Assembly: GCA_017307785.1 (NCBI GenBank)
Contig: JAFKGI010000028.1
Coordinates: forward strand, 22,752-86,751
DNA length: 64,000 bases
Reading direction: 5' to 3'
From: Vulcanimicrobiota bacterium
GTDB taxonomy: Bacteria; Vulcanimicrobiota; Xenobia; Xenobiales; JADMJV01
A program made the translations under genes and the position numbers. Each line of letters starts with the position of its first letter. Positions within the stretch are counted from its first letter, which is position 1. The notes under the pieces are model-generated. The model did no database searches, was not told the origin of the DNA, and saw only the letters and a list, made by a program, of their open reading frames with translations. Below, one piece after another: positions 1 through 7,717 of the stretch.

Positions 1-16
1 GATTTTCCTGGTCCAG

Positions 17-1855
17 ATGCCCTATGCCGCCATCGAAAGACCCTCTATTGGCCTTGGACTCATACATTCCGAACTGAGTCAAGCGGGCATCGCCTGTCGA
101 ACTCTCTATCCGAACCTGGACTGGTTCTCCCGCATCGGCCTGGAAAGCCATCAGGCCATCCTGGCCACCCTGACCGAAGATCTGGTGGGAGAGTGGACCT
201 TCGCGCGGGCCGCCTTCGGAGAAAAAACCCCTGGCGAGGAAGCCTATCTCGAAGAGGTCCTGAGCCGCGTCGCTCTGAGCCGCGAACAGTTGCTGGCCGT
301 TCGCGCGGCCGCCGAGTCCTTCGTGGAAGCACTGGCCGACCAGATCGTGGCCCAGAAACCCCGGGTGGTCGGCTGCAGCAGTTGCTTCCAGCAGAACTGT
401 GCTTCGCTGGCCCTGTTGCGCCGCATCAAAGAGAAAGACCCCACCATCCTGACCCTGATGGGTGGAGCCAACTGCGAAGGCACCATGGGAGTCACCCTGA
501 TGCGCAACTTCGAGTGGCTCGACTACATCGTCTCCGGCGACGCCGACAAACTGATCGCCGGGTTGATCCGCTCCCTTCTCGCCGGTCGACCCGAGATTGC
601 CTACGGCGTCTTCTCTCGAGACCCCAAAACCTGGACGGGGGTCCGTTCCAATTTTACGGCTATGGACCAGACGGCCGTTCCCCACTTCGACGACTACTTC
701 GAGGCCCTGGAAGAAAGTGGACTGGACTTACTGCCTGGTCTGGTGATGGAAACCTCGCGCGGCTGCTGGTGGGGCCAAAAGCACCACTGCACCTTTTGCG
801 GACTCAACGGCAGCGGCATGGGTTACCGCAGCAAATCCAAAGAGCGCGTTCTCGAGGAAATCGAGCAACTCTCGACCCGCTACGGGATCGAGCGCTTCTT
901 CGTGGTCGACAACATCCTCGACCACGCCCACCTGAAAAGCATCATGCCGGTCCTGGCCGGTCGCAGCCAGCCCTTCCAACTCTTCTACGAGACCAAGTCC
1001 AACCTCAAAAAAGAGCAGCTACAGTTGCTGAGCCGGGCGGGGGTGCGCTGGATCCAGCCGGGCATCGAAAGCCTGCACGACGAGGTTCTCAGCCTGATGG
1101 ACAAAGGCAGCACCGGCCTGATGAACGTCCAGTTGCTGCGCAACGCCCGCGAACTGGGCATGGTCGTCTACTGGAACTTCCTGGTCTGCTTCCCCAACGA
1201 ACAGGACTCCTGGTACGCCGAGATGAGCGAGTGGACTCCCTGGCTTTCCCATTTGCAGCCGGCCCCCGGCATGGCCAAGATTCGCTTCGACCGCTTCAGC
1301 CCATACCATACCAATCCGCAGCGCTACAACATCGAGATGCAGCCGGCCAGCGCCTACGGTCAGGTCTATCCGGTGGCCGCGGACCAGCTCCCCGACCTGG
1401 CTTACTTTTTCCACGACACCCCCGAACAGAGCCAGCGGGACGATCGATACCTTCCCCTGCCGGGACGGCGCTCGCTCTATCTGCAGCTCAAACAGTGGGT
1501 GGCGCTCTGGCAAAACGGCAAACCCCCTGTCCTGAGCATGCACGACGACGGCCAGCAGCTGGTGGTGCGCGACTCTCGGCCCGTAGCCACCGCGGCGGAA
1601 CATCGTCTTAGCGGCAGGGCTCGTGAGATTTTGCTGGAGGCTCGCACCCCCGGCCGCTATCCGCACGACGACGCGAACGTGGCCGAGTTGGTGTCCCGCA
1701 GGCTGCTTCTGAAAAATGGCGAGCGCTACCTGAGCCTCCCCACCGACGGGGACCCCACCCCCTACCCTGACCCCTGGCTGCAGCCCGGCGGCAGTTTGCG
1801 CCGCCCGGAGCACGTTCCGCGTTACACCTCCCGAGCCCGGGCCACCCATTCGTAG
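17..1855 (+). CDS. RiPP-maturation-type B12-binding radical SAM enzyme (C-methyltransferase-like)
   Basis: 612-aa ORF from ATG 17. The N-terminal B12-binding-like segment (ERPSIGLGLIHSELSQAGI) is followed by the cluster motif SRGCWWGQKHHCTFCGLNG, which I recognise from the TIGR03975-type RiPP maturation rSAM family. Overlapping ORFs in other frames are R/P-rich shadows. Confidence 0.8.
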   Translation: MPYAAIERPSIGLGLIHSELSQAGIACRTLYPNLDWFSRIGLESHQAILATLTEDLVGEWTFARAAFGEKTPGEEAYLEEVLSRVALSREQLLAVRAAAESFVEALADQIVAQKPRVVGCSSCFQQNCASLALLRRIKEKDPTILTLMGGANCEGTMGVTLMRNFEWLDYIVSGDADKLIAGLIRSLLAGRPEIAYGVFSRDPKTWTGVRSNFTAMDQTAVPHFDDYFEALEESGLDLLPGLVMETSRGCWWGQKHHCTFCGLNGSGMGYRSKSKERVLEEIEQLSTRYGIERFFVVDNILDHAHLKSIMPVLAGRSQPFQLFYETKSNLKKEQLQLLSRAGVRWIQPGIESLHDEVLSLMDKGSTGLMNVQLLRNARELGMVVYWNFLVCFPNEQDSWYAEMSEWTPWLSHLQPAPGMAKIRFDRFSPYHTNPQRYNIEMQPASAYGQVYPVAADQLPDLAYFFHDTPEQSQRDDRYLPLPGRRSLYLQLKQWVALWQNGKPPVLSMHDDGQQLVVRDSRPVATAAEHRLSGRAREILLEARTPGRYPHDDANVAELVSRRLLLKNGERYLSLPTDGDPTPYPDPWLQPGGSLRRPEHVPRYTSRARATHS

Positions 1856-1892
1856 GCAGGGACAGCGACACCGCTGCTGCGAACGACCCGCC

Positions 1893-4469
1893 ATGAAAAG
1901 ATGCCTGCTCGCTCTGGCCCTCACCGCCGTGGGGAACGCCCAGGAAGTCCCCCGTTTCGCGCTCCCTCAAAGTCCGCTCAAACTGGAGCGCGCCACCCAC
2001 GGCGGCGTCTTTTTCGATGTGGCCGGCCCTCGCTCGGCCTTCTTCGGACTGGAGAACGGGGCGATCGAAGGCTGGCTTTATCCACTCAAAGTCTTCCAGG
2101 ACTTTGAACTGGCCTTCCGCCTGGAGGGCTATCCGGTCGATATCCAGGGCCGCGACATCCAACGCCACATCGAGCTCCATCCGGAATATACGGTGTTGAC
2201 CTATTCCCACTCGGCTTTCACGGTGCGTCAGATCCTGCTGTGCCCGCGTTCCCAGCCGGCCCTGGTCAGCTTGCTGGACGTGGACAGCAGCCTGCCCATG
2301 ACGGTGACCGCCCAGATCCGTCCACGACTCCGCCTCATGTGGCCGGGTGCCCTCTCCACCCAGTACGTCTCCTGGGACGAAAAGAGCGGGACCTATCGAT
2401 TCAGCGAGGAGAGCGGCCAGGCCTCGGCCGTTTTTGGATCCCCGGGAGCTCGCGACCTTTCCACCATGCCCTATCAGGAAGAACCCAAAGACACCCTACT
2501 CAAGATGGAGATTCAGGTTCCCGTCGAGCGCGCCCAGGGGCAGTACATCCCCATCGTGGCCGCTCGCACTCCCGAAGCCTATCGGGCCACCTTGCAGACG
2601 CTGCCCGCCCTGACTCAAGAGTTGGCGTCCCATTACCGGGCCCAACGGGAAGGCAGTCTGCAGCTGGAGTTGCCCGACAAGCGCCTGGAGCAGGCCTACG
2701 ACTGGTCTCTGGTCGGAATGGACAAGGGAGTGGTGCACGACCCCCTCTTTAAGAGTCCCGGTCTGGTCGCCGGCTTCCGCACCTCCGGAGAAAGCGAACG
2801 CCCCGGATTCGCCTGGTTCTTCGGCCGCGATGCCATGTGGACGGCCATGGCCCTGCTGGCCCAGGGCGACCTGCAGACCACCCGCACCGCCCTGGACTTT
2901 CTGGCCCAGCATCAGCGCGAAGACGGCAAGATTCCCCACGAGATTTCGCAGAGCGCCCCTCTCGTGGATTGGTTCAAAAAATACGCTTATGCCTGGGCCT
3001 CCAGCGACGCCACTCCACTTTATCTGGTGGTTCAGGGCGAGCTCTTCGCGGCCAGCGGCGACCGTCAGTTCCTGGCCCGTCACTGGCCGGGCATCAAAAA
3101 GGCCTGGCAGTGGACGGCCGCCAGCGACACCGATGGCGACGGCCTCAAGGAAAACACCGGCCACGGTCACGCCTGGGTGGAGGGCGGCGCCCTCTATCCG
3201 GCCCACCAGGAACTCTACCTGCAGGGAGTCTTCCTGGAAGCCGCCCGCCACATGAAGGCCATGGCCGGCGAAATGGGCGACACCGCCCTGGCCCAGCAGG
3301 CTCAGGCCGAAATCGCCAAAGTCCAGGCCGCCAGCGAACGCACTTACTGGCTGGAGAAACAGGGCCACTACGCCTTTGCCACCTTCAAGCCACGCCAGGC
3401 GCAGGCCGAGCCAGGCCCCAACCGGGCCCGCCGCCAGCAGCGCCTGGACGAAATGGCCAGGGGCGGACTGGCGGAAGAAGATACGGTGCTGCCCGCCGTG
3501 CCCATGATGTGGGGCTGGCTGCAGGACGATCGGGCCCAGCGTCAGTTGGACCATATGATCGGGGCCAGCATGAGCACCGACTGGGGAGCGCGCATTCTCT
3601 CCAACCAGAGTCGTCTCTACGATCCGCTTGCCTATCACTACGGGTCGGTCTGGCCCTTGTTCACCGGCTGGCTGTCGCTGGCCGGCTACCGCTACGGCCG
3701 TCCTCTGGTCGGTTGGCAGGCGCTGGCCGCCAATGCCTCCCTCACCGAGTTCGACACGTTGGGCTATGTAACCGAGTTGCTCTCCGGCGATTACTGCTCG
3801 GCCTTCGGCCGCTCCAGCCATCATCAGATCTGGTCGGAAGCCATGATCACCCTGCCGCTGGTGCGCGGCCTGGTCGGCCTGGAAGTGCTGGATGAGGGCA
3901 AGACGGTCCGCTTCAGTCCGCAGCCTCCGGCCCACTGGCCCGGCTTTGGGGTGAGCCACGTCGAAACCGCCCTGGGCCCGGCCGAGTTACGCTACAGCCG
4001 CGAAGACGGCCGCCGCCGCATCAGCTGGAAAGGCCCGGCCGGCCTCAAGTATCAGTTCGTGGTCAACTTCCCGCTGGACGCCCAGGTGGAAGGAGCCAAA
4101 CCTCACGGCGAAGTGCAGCAAGTGCGCCTGCAAGGTCAGGGAGCCAGCGGCGAAGTGGTGGTCAACTGCCGCGAAGGCTGCGAGCTCAGCCTGCCCGAGC
4201 CGGTTCTGAGCAACGGCCAGAAAAGCCAGGGCCTGCGGGTCGTGCGTTTCCATCCCGAAGGTCAGGGTCTGCGTCTGCTGGCCGACGGCCGAGGAGGCCA
4301 GACCTATCGGTTAACGGTCAGCGGCCGCCAGCTGGGCAACGCCGAAAGTGAGGGAGTTCGGGCCGAAGGCGGCGAGAACTCGCTACGCCTGACGATGCCT
4401 CCAGGCAAAGACTACCGGCGTTTCAGCCTGCTCATCCCCTACCGGTCGACCCAGACTCCGTCCCGGTAG
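1893..4469 (+). CDS. secreted glycoside hydrolase, glycogen-debranching / amylo-alpha-1,6-glucosidase (GDE_C six-hairpin) family
   Basis: 858 aa with signal peptide MKRCLLALALTAVGNAQE. GFAWFFGRDAMWTAMALLAQGD and DATPLYLV-type motifs are typical of GDE_C (alpha/alpha)6 enzymes. Confidence 0.75.
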   Translation: MKRCLLALALTAVGNAQEVPRFALPQSPLKLERATHGGVFFDVAGPRSAFFGLENGAIEGWLYPLKVFQDFELAFRLEGYPVDIQGRDIQRHIELHPEYTVLTYSHSAFTVRQILLCPRSQPALVSLLDVDSSLPMTVTAQIRPRLRLMWPGALSTQYVSWDEKSGTYRFSEESGQASAVFGSPGARDLSTMPYQEEPKDTLLKMEIQVPVERAQGQYIPIVAARTPEAYRATLQTLPALTQELASHYRAQREGSLQLELPDKRLEQAYDWSLVGMDKGVVHDPLFKSPGLVAGFRTSGESERPGFAWFFGRDAMWTAMALLAQGDLQTTRTALDFLAQHQREDGKIPHEISQSAPLVDWFKKYAYAWASSDATPLYLVVQGELFAASGDRQFLARHWPGIKKAWQWTAASDTDGDGLKENTGHGHAWVEGGALYPAHQELYLQGVFLEAARHMKAMAGEMGDTALAQQAQAEIAKVQAASERTYWLEKQGHYAFATFKPRQAQAEPGPNRARRQQRLDEMARGGLAEEDTVLPAVPMMWGWLQDDRAQRQLDHMIGASMSTDWGARILSNQSRLYDPLAYHYGSVWPLFTGWLSLAGYRYGRPLVGWQALAANASLTEFDTLGYVTELLSGDYCSAFGRSSHHQIWSEAMITLPLVRGLVGLEVLDEGKTVRFSPQPPAHWPGFGVSHVETALGPAELRYSREDGRRRISWKGPAGLKYQFVVNFPLDAQVEGAKPHGEVQQVRLQGQGASGEVVVNCREGCELSLPEPVLSNGQKSQGLRVVRFHPEGQGLRLLADGRGGQTYRLTVSGRQLGNAESEGVRAEGGENSLRLTMPPGKDYRRFSLLIPYRSTQTPSR

Positions 4470-4795
4470 TCCTGGTCCAGACTGTTGGGTCCGCGCCGAA
4501 TGGTGCGATGGAAATACTCGTGCTTATCGTTGGGCGGGTAAGGACCGGCCAGAATCTCGAAATCATCGACCGGATAAATTACCACCACCGCATCGCTCTT
4601 CTTGAGCTCATCGGCCGAAACCGGCTGCCCGTTACGCAGGAAAGTGGAGTGACGCGGCGCCTTCACGGCATTGCCGGTGCTGTCCGTCACATAGACGGCC
4701 GTGCTCTCGACCGCCCAAACCTTCCCCTCCAACCGAGTCGGCTCCTGACCCCAGGCCAGCGCGGTCAATGCCAAAACACAAATCATCTTCTTCAT
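4439..4795 (-). CDS. small secreted protein of unknown function
   Basis: The internal ATG at 4795 gives 118 aa beginning MKKMICVLALTALAWGQEP (signal peptide). The longer ORF to 4954 runs into non-coding repeats. There is a 31-nt convergent overlap with the glycosidase gene. Confidence 0.55.
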   Translation of the reverse strand: MKKMICVLALTALAWGQEPTRLEGKVWAVESTAVYVTDSTGNAVKAPRHSTFLRNGQPVSADELKKSDAVVVIYPVDDFEILAGPYPPNDKHEYFHRTIRRGPNSLDQDYRDGVWVDR

Positions 4796-4848
4796 CTTGA
4801 GACCTTCTCTCCCACAAAACTCTTTCCTCGAGCCCGCCAACTCTCCGT

Positions 4849-4891
4849 CCGGAAAGGGGACCAGAGGGACGAGGAGATTTTGGAGACAGCC
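4849..4891. repeat. copy of the ~40-nt dispersed motif (CCGGAAGGGGACCAG..GGAGACRGC)
   Basis: ccggaaaggggaccagagggacgaggagattttggagacagcc resembles sequences at 30650-30692 and 32025-32066, and in reverse complement at 32184-32223, 43516-43556, 43776-43818 and 43996-44038. Confidence 0.6.
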
Positions 4892-4910
4892 GGACGACAA
4901 AAACAACTGG

Positions 4911-5120
4911 GGCCAAACCGCCTGCCACCACCTGAGGTAAGCAAACCACACCACCCGTGGTGGCCCCCCACCCGGCCCTGAGGGTCAGGCCACCCGCCAC
5001 CACCTGAGGTAAGCAACACACACCCCCTGTGGTGGCCCCCCACCCGGCCCAAAGGTCAAACCACCTGCCACCACCTGTGGTAAGCAACACACACCATCCG
5101 TGGTGGCATCCCCTCCGGCC
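4911..5120. repeat. three tandem ~71-bp repeats, each with an 8-bp GCCACCAC/GTGGTGGC hairpin
   Basis: Units lie at 4911-4981, 4982-5053 and 5054-5120. The GCCACCACCTG anchors at 4924, 4996 and 5067 give periods of 72 and 71 nt. Each unit contains GCCACCACCTGAGGTAAGCAA..CCGTGGTGGC followed by a C-rich tail. Confidence 0.85.
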
Positions 5121-5193
5121 GCGACACTCGGAAGCAAACGCCCTCCTCCAACCCCCCTCCCTCTCCCCAAACCTCCCCCTCTCCCCGCGGGAC

Positions 5194-5227
5194 GCAAAAA
5201 AAGGCCGGTGCGTGATGCACCGGCCTT
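5194..5227 (-). terminator. Rho-independent terminator of the 5255-5665 gene
   Basis: 11-bp perfect stem (AAGGCCGGTGC / GCACCGGCCTT, 5201-5227) with a 5-nt loop. On the minus strand it is followed by a run of 7 T (plus-strand A run 5196-5202). Confidence 0.75.
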
Positions 5228-5254
5228 GGTGTGTGTTGTTGGTATAACTTTTAC

Positions 5255-5665
5255 TTAGGCGCCGAAGAGGCTGCGCTGGCCGTATTGGCCATTGAGTCCC
5301 TGGAACATTCCGCTGCTCACGACCGAGCTGAGGGAGTTCAGGCCGGTGACGCCGGTGCCGTCGGCCGGGGCCTTGTAGCCACCGATTTCCTGCACGCCGC
5401 TCATCAACAGGCGGTCGGGAGAGTTGCGCACCGAGGGCTTCTCGCTGCGGGCGGCGACTTCGAAGCCGCCGGTGTTGACCGAGGCCGGGTCGGCCTGGAC
5501 GGAGCGGGTCTGCTTCTCGGCGACGGGAGCCTGGGGAGCGCTGAACTCGACCTGGTCGCCGACCGGAGCTGCTTCGTCCTGGGCGGGCTTGGCGCTGGTG
5601 TTGCGGTTGGGCTGAATCTTATTCTGGCCCGGGATATTGAAATTTCCACCGATAGAACTAGCCAT
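5255..5665 (-). CDS. small leaderless Gly/Ser/Ala/Gln/Pro-rich protein, unknown function
   Basis: 136 aa (MASSIGGNFNIPGQNKIQPN...). Strong SD AGGAGG lies 9 nt upstream of the ATG, and the gene has its own terminator. No signal peptide, no Cys, low-complexity composition. Confidence 0.7.
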   Translation of the reverse strand: MASSIGGNFNIPGQNKIQPNRNTSAKPAQDEAAPVGDQVEFSAPQAPVAEKQTRSVQADPASVNTGGFEVAARSEKPSVRNSPDRLLMSGVQEIGGYKAPADGTGVTGLNSLSSVVSSGMFQGLNGQYGQRSLFGA

Positions 5666-5804
5666 TTTTGTATGCCTCCTGGTTGGCGTTGTCTTGCTTC
5701 GTTGACAGTATGTTCCATGAGGACGCCGTCATTTGTTACCAAATTGTTAACACGCCGTCACGTCGACCCACTTTCGATAAATGTTTATTGACGTAACACA
5801 ACAT

Positions 5805-6866
5805 TCACTTTTGCCCGACCTCATCGCCCCCGTAGAAGACCTTCCAGGGCGGGGCCAGACAGCTCAGGTCGCGCAAAGGATCGCCGTTCACCAGAATCAG
5901 GTCGGCCCGCAGACCCACCCGGATGGCGCCACGGTCCTTCAATCCCATCCAGCGCGCCGGAACGCTCGTGGCCGAATCCAGAACCTGCCGAGGGGTCATT
6001 CCGGCGCGTTGCATCAACTGCAGCTCCTGAACGTCGATGCCGGGCGGCGGACCGTAGTTCCCCAGGTCGGTTCCATACAGCACCGTCCCACCGGCCTTCA
6101 CAAACCGCCCTAGATTGTCGAGGCGCTGCGCGCTGGCCCCGATGTGCAGGGTGGGACAAACCGCCACCTTGTGAGCCACCATCCACTGGATGCGATCCTC
6201 GGGCACCCGCACCGAGCTGAAGGTAAAGTGGGCCAGTTCATCCACACCCGCCGCCAGGGCCTGGTCCAGCTCCTCCAGACCACCCAGATGGGCCGTCACC
6301 TTCAGACCGCGCCGGTGAGCCTGTCTCACCACCTCGGGCAACTGGGGAAAGGGCAGGCTCACCTTAATTATGCTGGCCCCGCTCGCCTGCATGGCGGCCA
6401 CCGCCTGCTCGGCCTGAGCCGGCGTTCCCACCTGCACGGCCGTGTCCGCGGGACACCAGCCGGCTCGACTGGGATAGCCTCCCGGCGGACAAAGAATGCC
6501 TCCCGCGGCCAGCAAATCAGGCCCGCTAACCCGCAGAGCCGAACGGCGCCCCAGAATGACCCCGGGAGTCCAACCCAGGTCGCGCACGGTGGTCGTGCCT
6601 CCGCGCAGACATTGGCGGGCGTCACTCAGCTGCAGATGCACGTGGCTATCGATGAAGCCCGGCAAGAGCGTTCTGCCGCCCGCATCCAGACGAAGAGCGT
6701 CCTTAGGAATGGCAAAATGCCCGATGGCGGCAATCTGGCCGCCGCGAATCAAGATATCTTGAGGACTGGCATCCCCCACCAACCGTGCTCCCGACAGAAC
6801 CAGAGGTCGAGGAGCTGCCGGCCAACCGGCCAGCGTCAATAGAATCAGGAAAAGAAGTCGCCTCAG
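5805..6866 (-). CDS. amidohydrolase-family metallohydrolase (imidazolonepropionase/prolidase-like); start codon uncertain (CTG 6866 proposed)
   Basis: GFIDSHVHL metal motif and amidohydrolase-like body. The ORF extends to 7007, but that extension is R-rich and overlaps the upstream membrane-protein gene by 145 nt. A CTG at 6866 overlaps the upstream TGA (CTGA) and yields a clean signal peptide, RRLLFLILLTLAGWPAAP. Confidence 0.7.
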   Translation of the reverse strand: MRRLLFLILLTLAGWPAAPRPLVLSGARLVGDASPQDILIRGGQIAAIGHFAIPKDALRLDAGGRTLLPGFIDSHVHLQLSDARQCLRGGTTTVRDLGWTPGVILGRRSALRVSGPDLLAAGGILCPPGGYPSRAGWCPADTAVQVGTPAQAEQAVAAMQASGASIIKVSLPFPQLPEVVRQAHRRGLKVTAHLGGLEELDQALAAGVDELAHFTFSSVRVPEDRIQWMVAHKVAVCPTLHIGASAQRLDNLGRFVKAGGTVLYGTDLGNYGPPPGIDVQELQLMQRAGMTPRQVLDSATSVPARWMGLKDRGAIRVGLRADLILVNGDPLRDLSCLAPPWKVFYGGDEVGQK

Positions 6867-7129
6867 GGTAGCAAAACCGTGAGGATCAGGAATCCGCCGG
6901 CAAAAAAGGCCCAGTAAATCGGACCGTCCTGGGTCTCTTTCATTCCCCAGAAGGTCCCGTAGGAGACGGCAAAACCCAGGGCGCTTTTCCAGAGTGGACC
7001 CTGCCAATGACCGAGCATCAGGTCAAAAAGATGCTCCCCACCGATCAGGTAGAGCAAGTAGATAACGGCCCAGAATATGGGTTTTTGATAGCTCTGGACG
7101 CCCTTCATCATGGCAGCCAGCATAAACAT
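6863..7129 (-). CDS. small integral membrane protein
   Basis: 88 aa from ATG 7129 (MFMLAAMMKGVQSYQKPIFWAVIYLLYLIGG...). SD GAGGTG lies 9 nt upstream, and the protein has aromatic-rich TM helices. The TTG at 7177 is the longest possible start. Confidence 0.55.
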   Translation of the reverse strand: MFMLAAMMKGVQSYQKPIFWAVIYLLYLIGGEHLFDLMLGHWQGPLWKSALGFAVSYGTFWGMKETQDGPIYWAFFAGGFLILTVLLP

Positions 7130-7201
7130 GCGTCCGATCACCTCACTACCATAGCTCCCCAAATGTGAACGGCGCAAGATCTTTTTTTAACATCCAAATA
7201 G

Positions 7202-7230
7202 TTACAACCAGTTAAAAACTGCGTTAGACT
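7202..7230 (+). promoter_or_regulatory. putative sigma70-type promoter for the 7271 gene
   Basis: TTACAA (7202-7207), a 17-nt spacer, then TAGACT (7225-7230), in an AT-rich island about 40 nt upstream of the GTG start. Confidence 0.35.
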
Positions 7231-7270
7231 GAGGTATCGCGTTTCAAGAAAATTTTAGCGAGGTGCAACC

Positions 7271-7717
7271 GTGGCAACGATTCAACCGAACATCCCCAAT
7301 ATCTCCATCACGGCCCAACTGAACGGTTCCACGGGCGCCGCCGCGGCTCAACAGCAGGCCCAGGTCGCCGGAACCAACTTCGGCAGCATTCAGTCGACTC
7401 TGGACCAGTCCCAGCAAGCCCTGCAAGCGCTGGTGGCGATGTCCGCCGGCTGGACCGGTATCGGCAGCGGCTTCGGCATCGGCAACGGCACGCTGGATTC
7501 TCTGGGCGTGGGCCTCTCCACCCAGTATATGGGAATGACGATGGGCTCTCCGGGATTTGCCAACGACCTGAACTCTTTGGAATCCCCGCTGCGCTACATG
7601 TACACCGGCATCGCCGGCGGAGCCGCCGACGACTTCAACGCCATGGCTGCCCCCCTGGCCGGCAGCTACGCCGGCATGATGCAGATTCAGGGAATGCCGC
7701 CCACCCCTCCGCTGTAA
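7271..7717 (+). CDS. small leaderless Gly/Ala/Ser/Met-rich protein, unknown function
   Basis: 148 aa from GTG 7271 (MATIQPNIPNISITAQLNGS...). SD GAGGTG lies 5 nt upstream. Low-complexity composition with no signal peptide. Confidence 0.65.
   Translation: MATIQPNIPNISITAQLNGSTGAAAAQQQAQVAGTNFGSIQSTLDQSQQALQALVAMSAGWTGIGSGFGIGNGTLDSLGVGLSTQYMGMTMGSPGFANDLNSLESPLRYMYTGIAGGAADDFNAMAAPLAGSYAGMMQIQGMPPTPPL

Noticed and set aside
2496-3959. Long antisense or out-of-frame ORFs (also 193-1611, 18317-20023, 28933-30357, 35127-36104, 57110-58591, 62279-63814 and many others in the track).
   Set aside because: These are typical high-GC shadow ORFs. They are Arg/Gly/Pro/Ala-rich with no motifs, and each is fully overlapped by a gene with clear family signatures on another frame or strand.
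4632-5197. ORFs across the 71-bp repeats that encode reiterated AGWGATTGGV(C/V)CLPQVVAGGL peptides. This was tempting as a multi-core RiPP precursor, given the radical SAM enzyme 3 kb away.
   Set aside because: Repeat periods are 72 and 71 nt, so the frame is not preserved across units. There is no SD or plausible leader. The longest ORF runs into the real MKKM... gene in another frame. Differences between units include a single-nucleotide indel.
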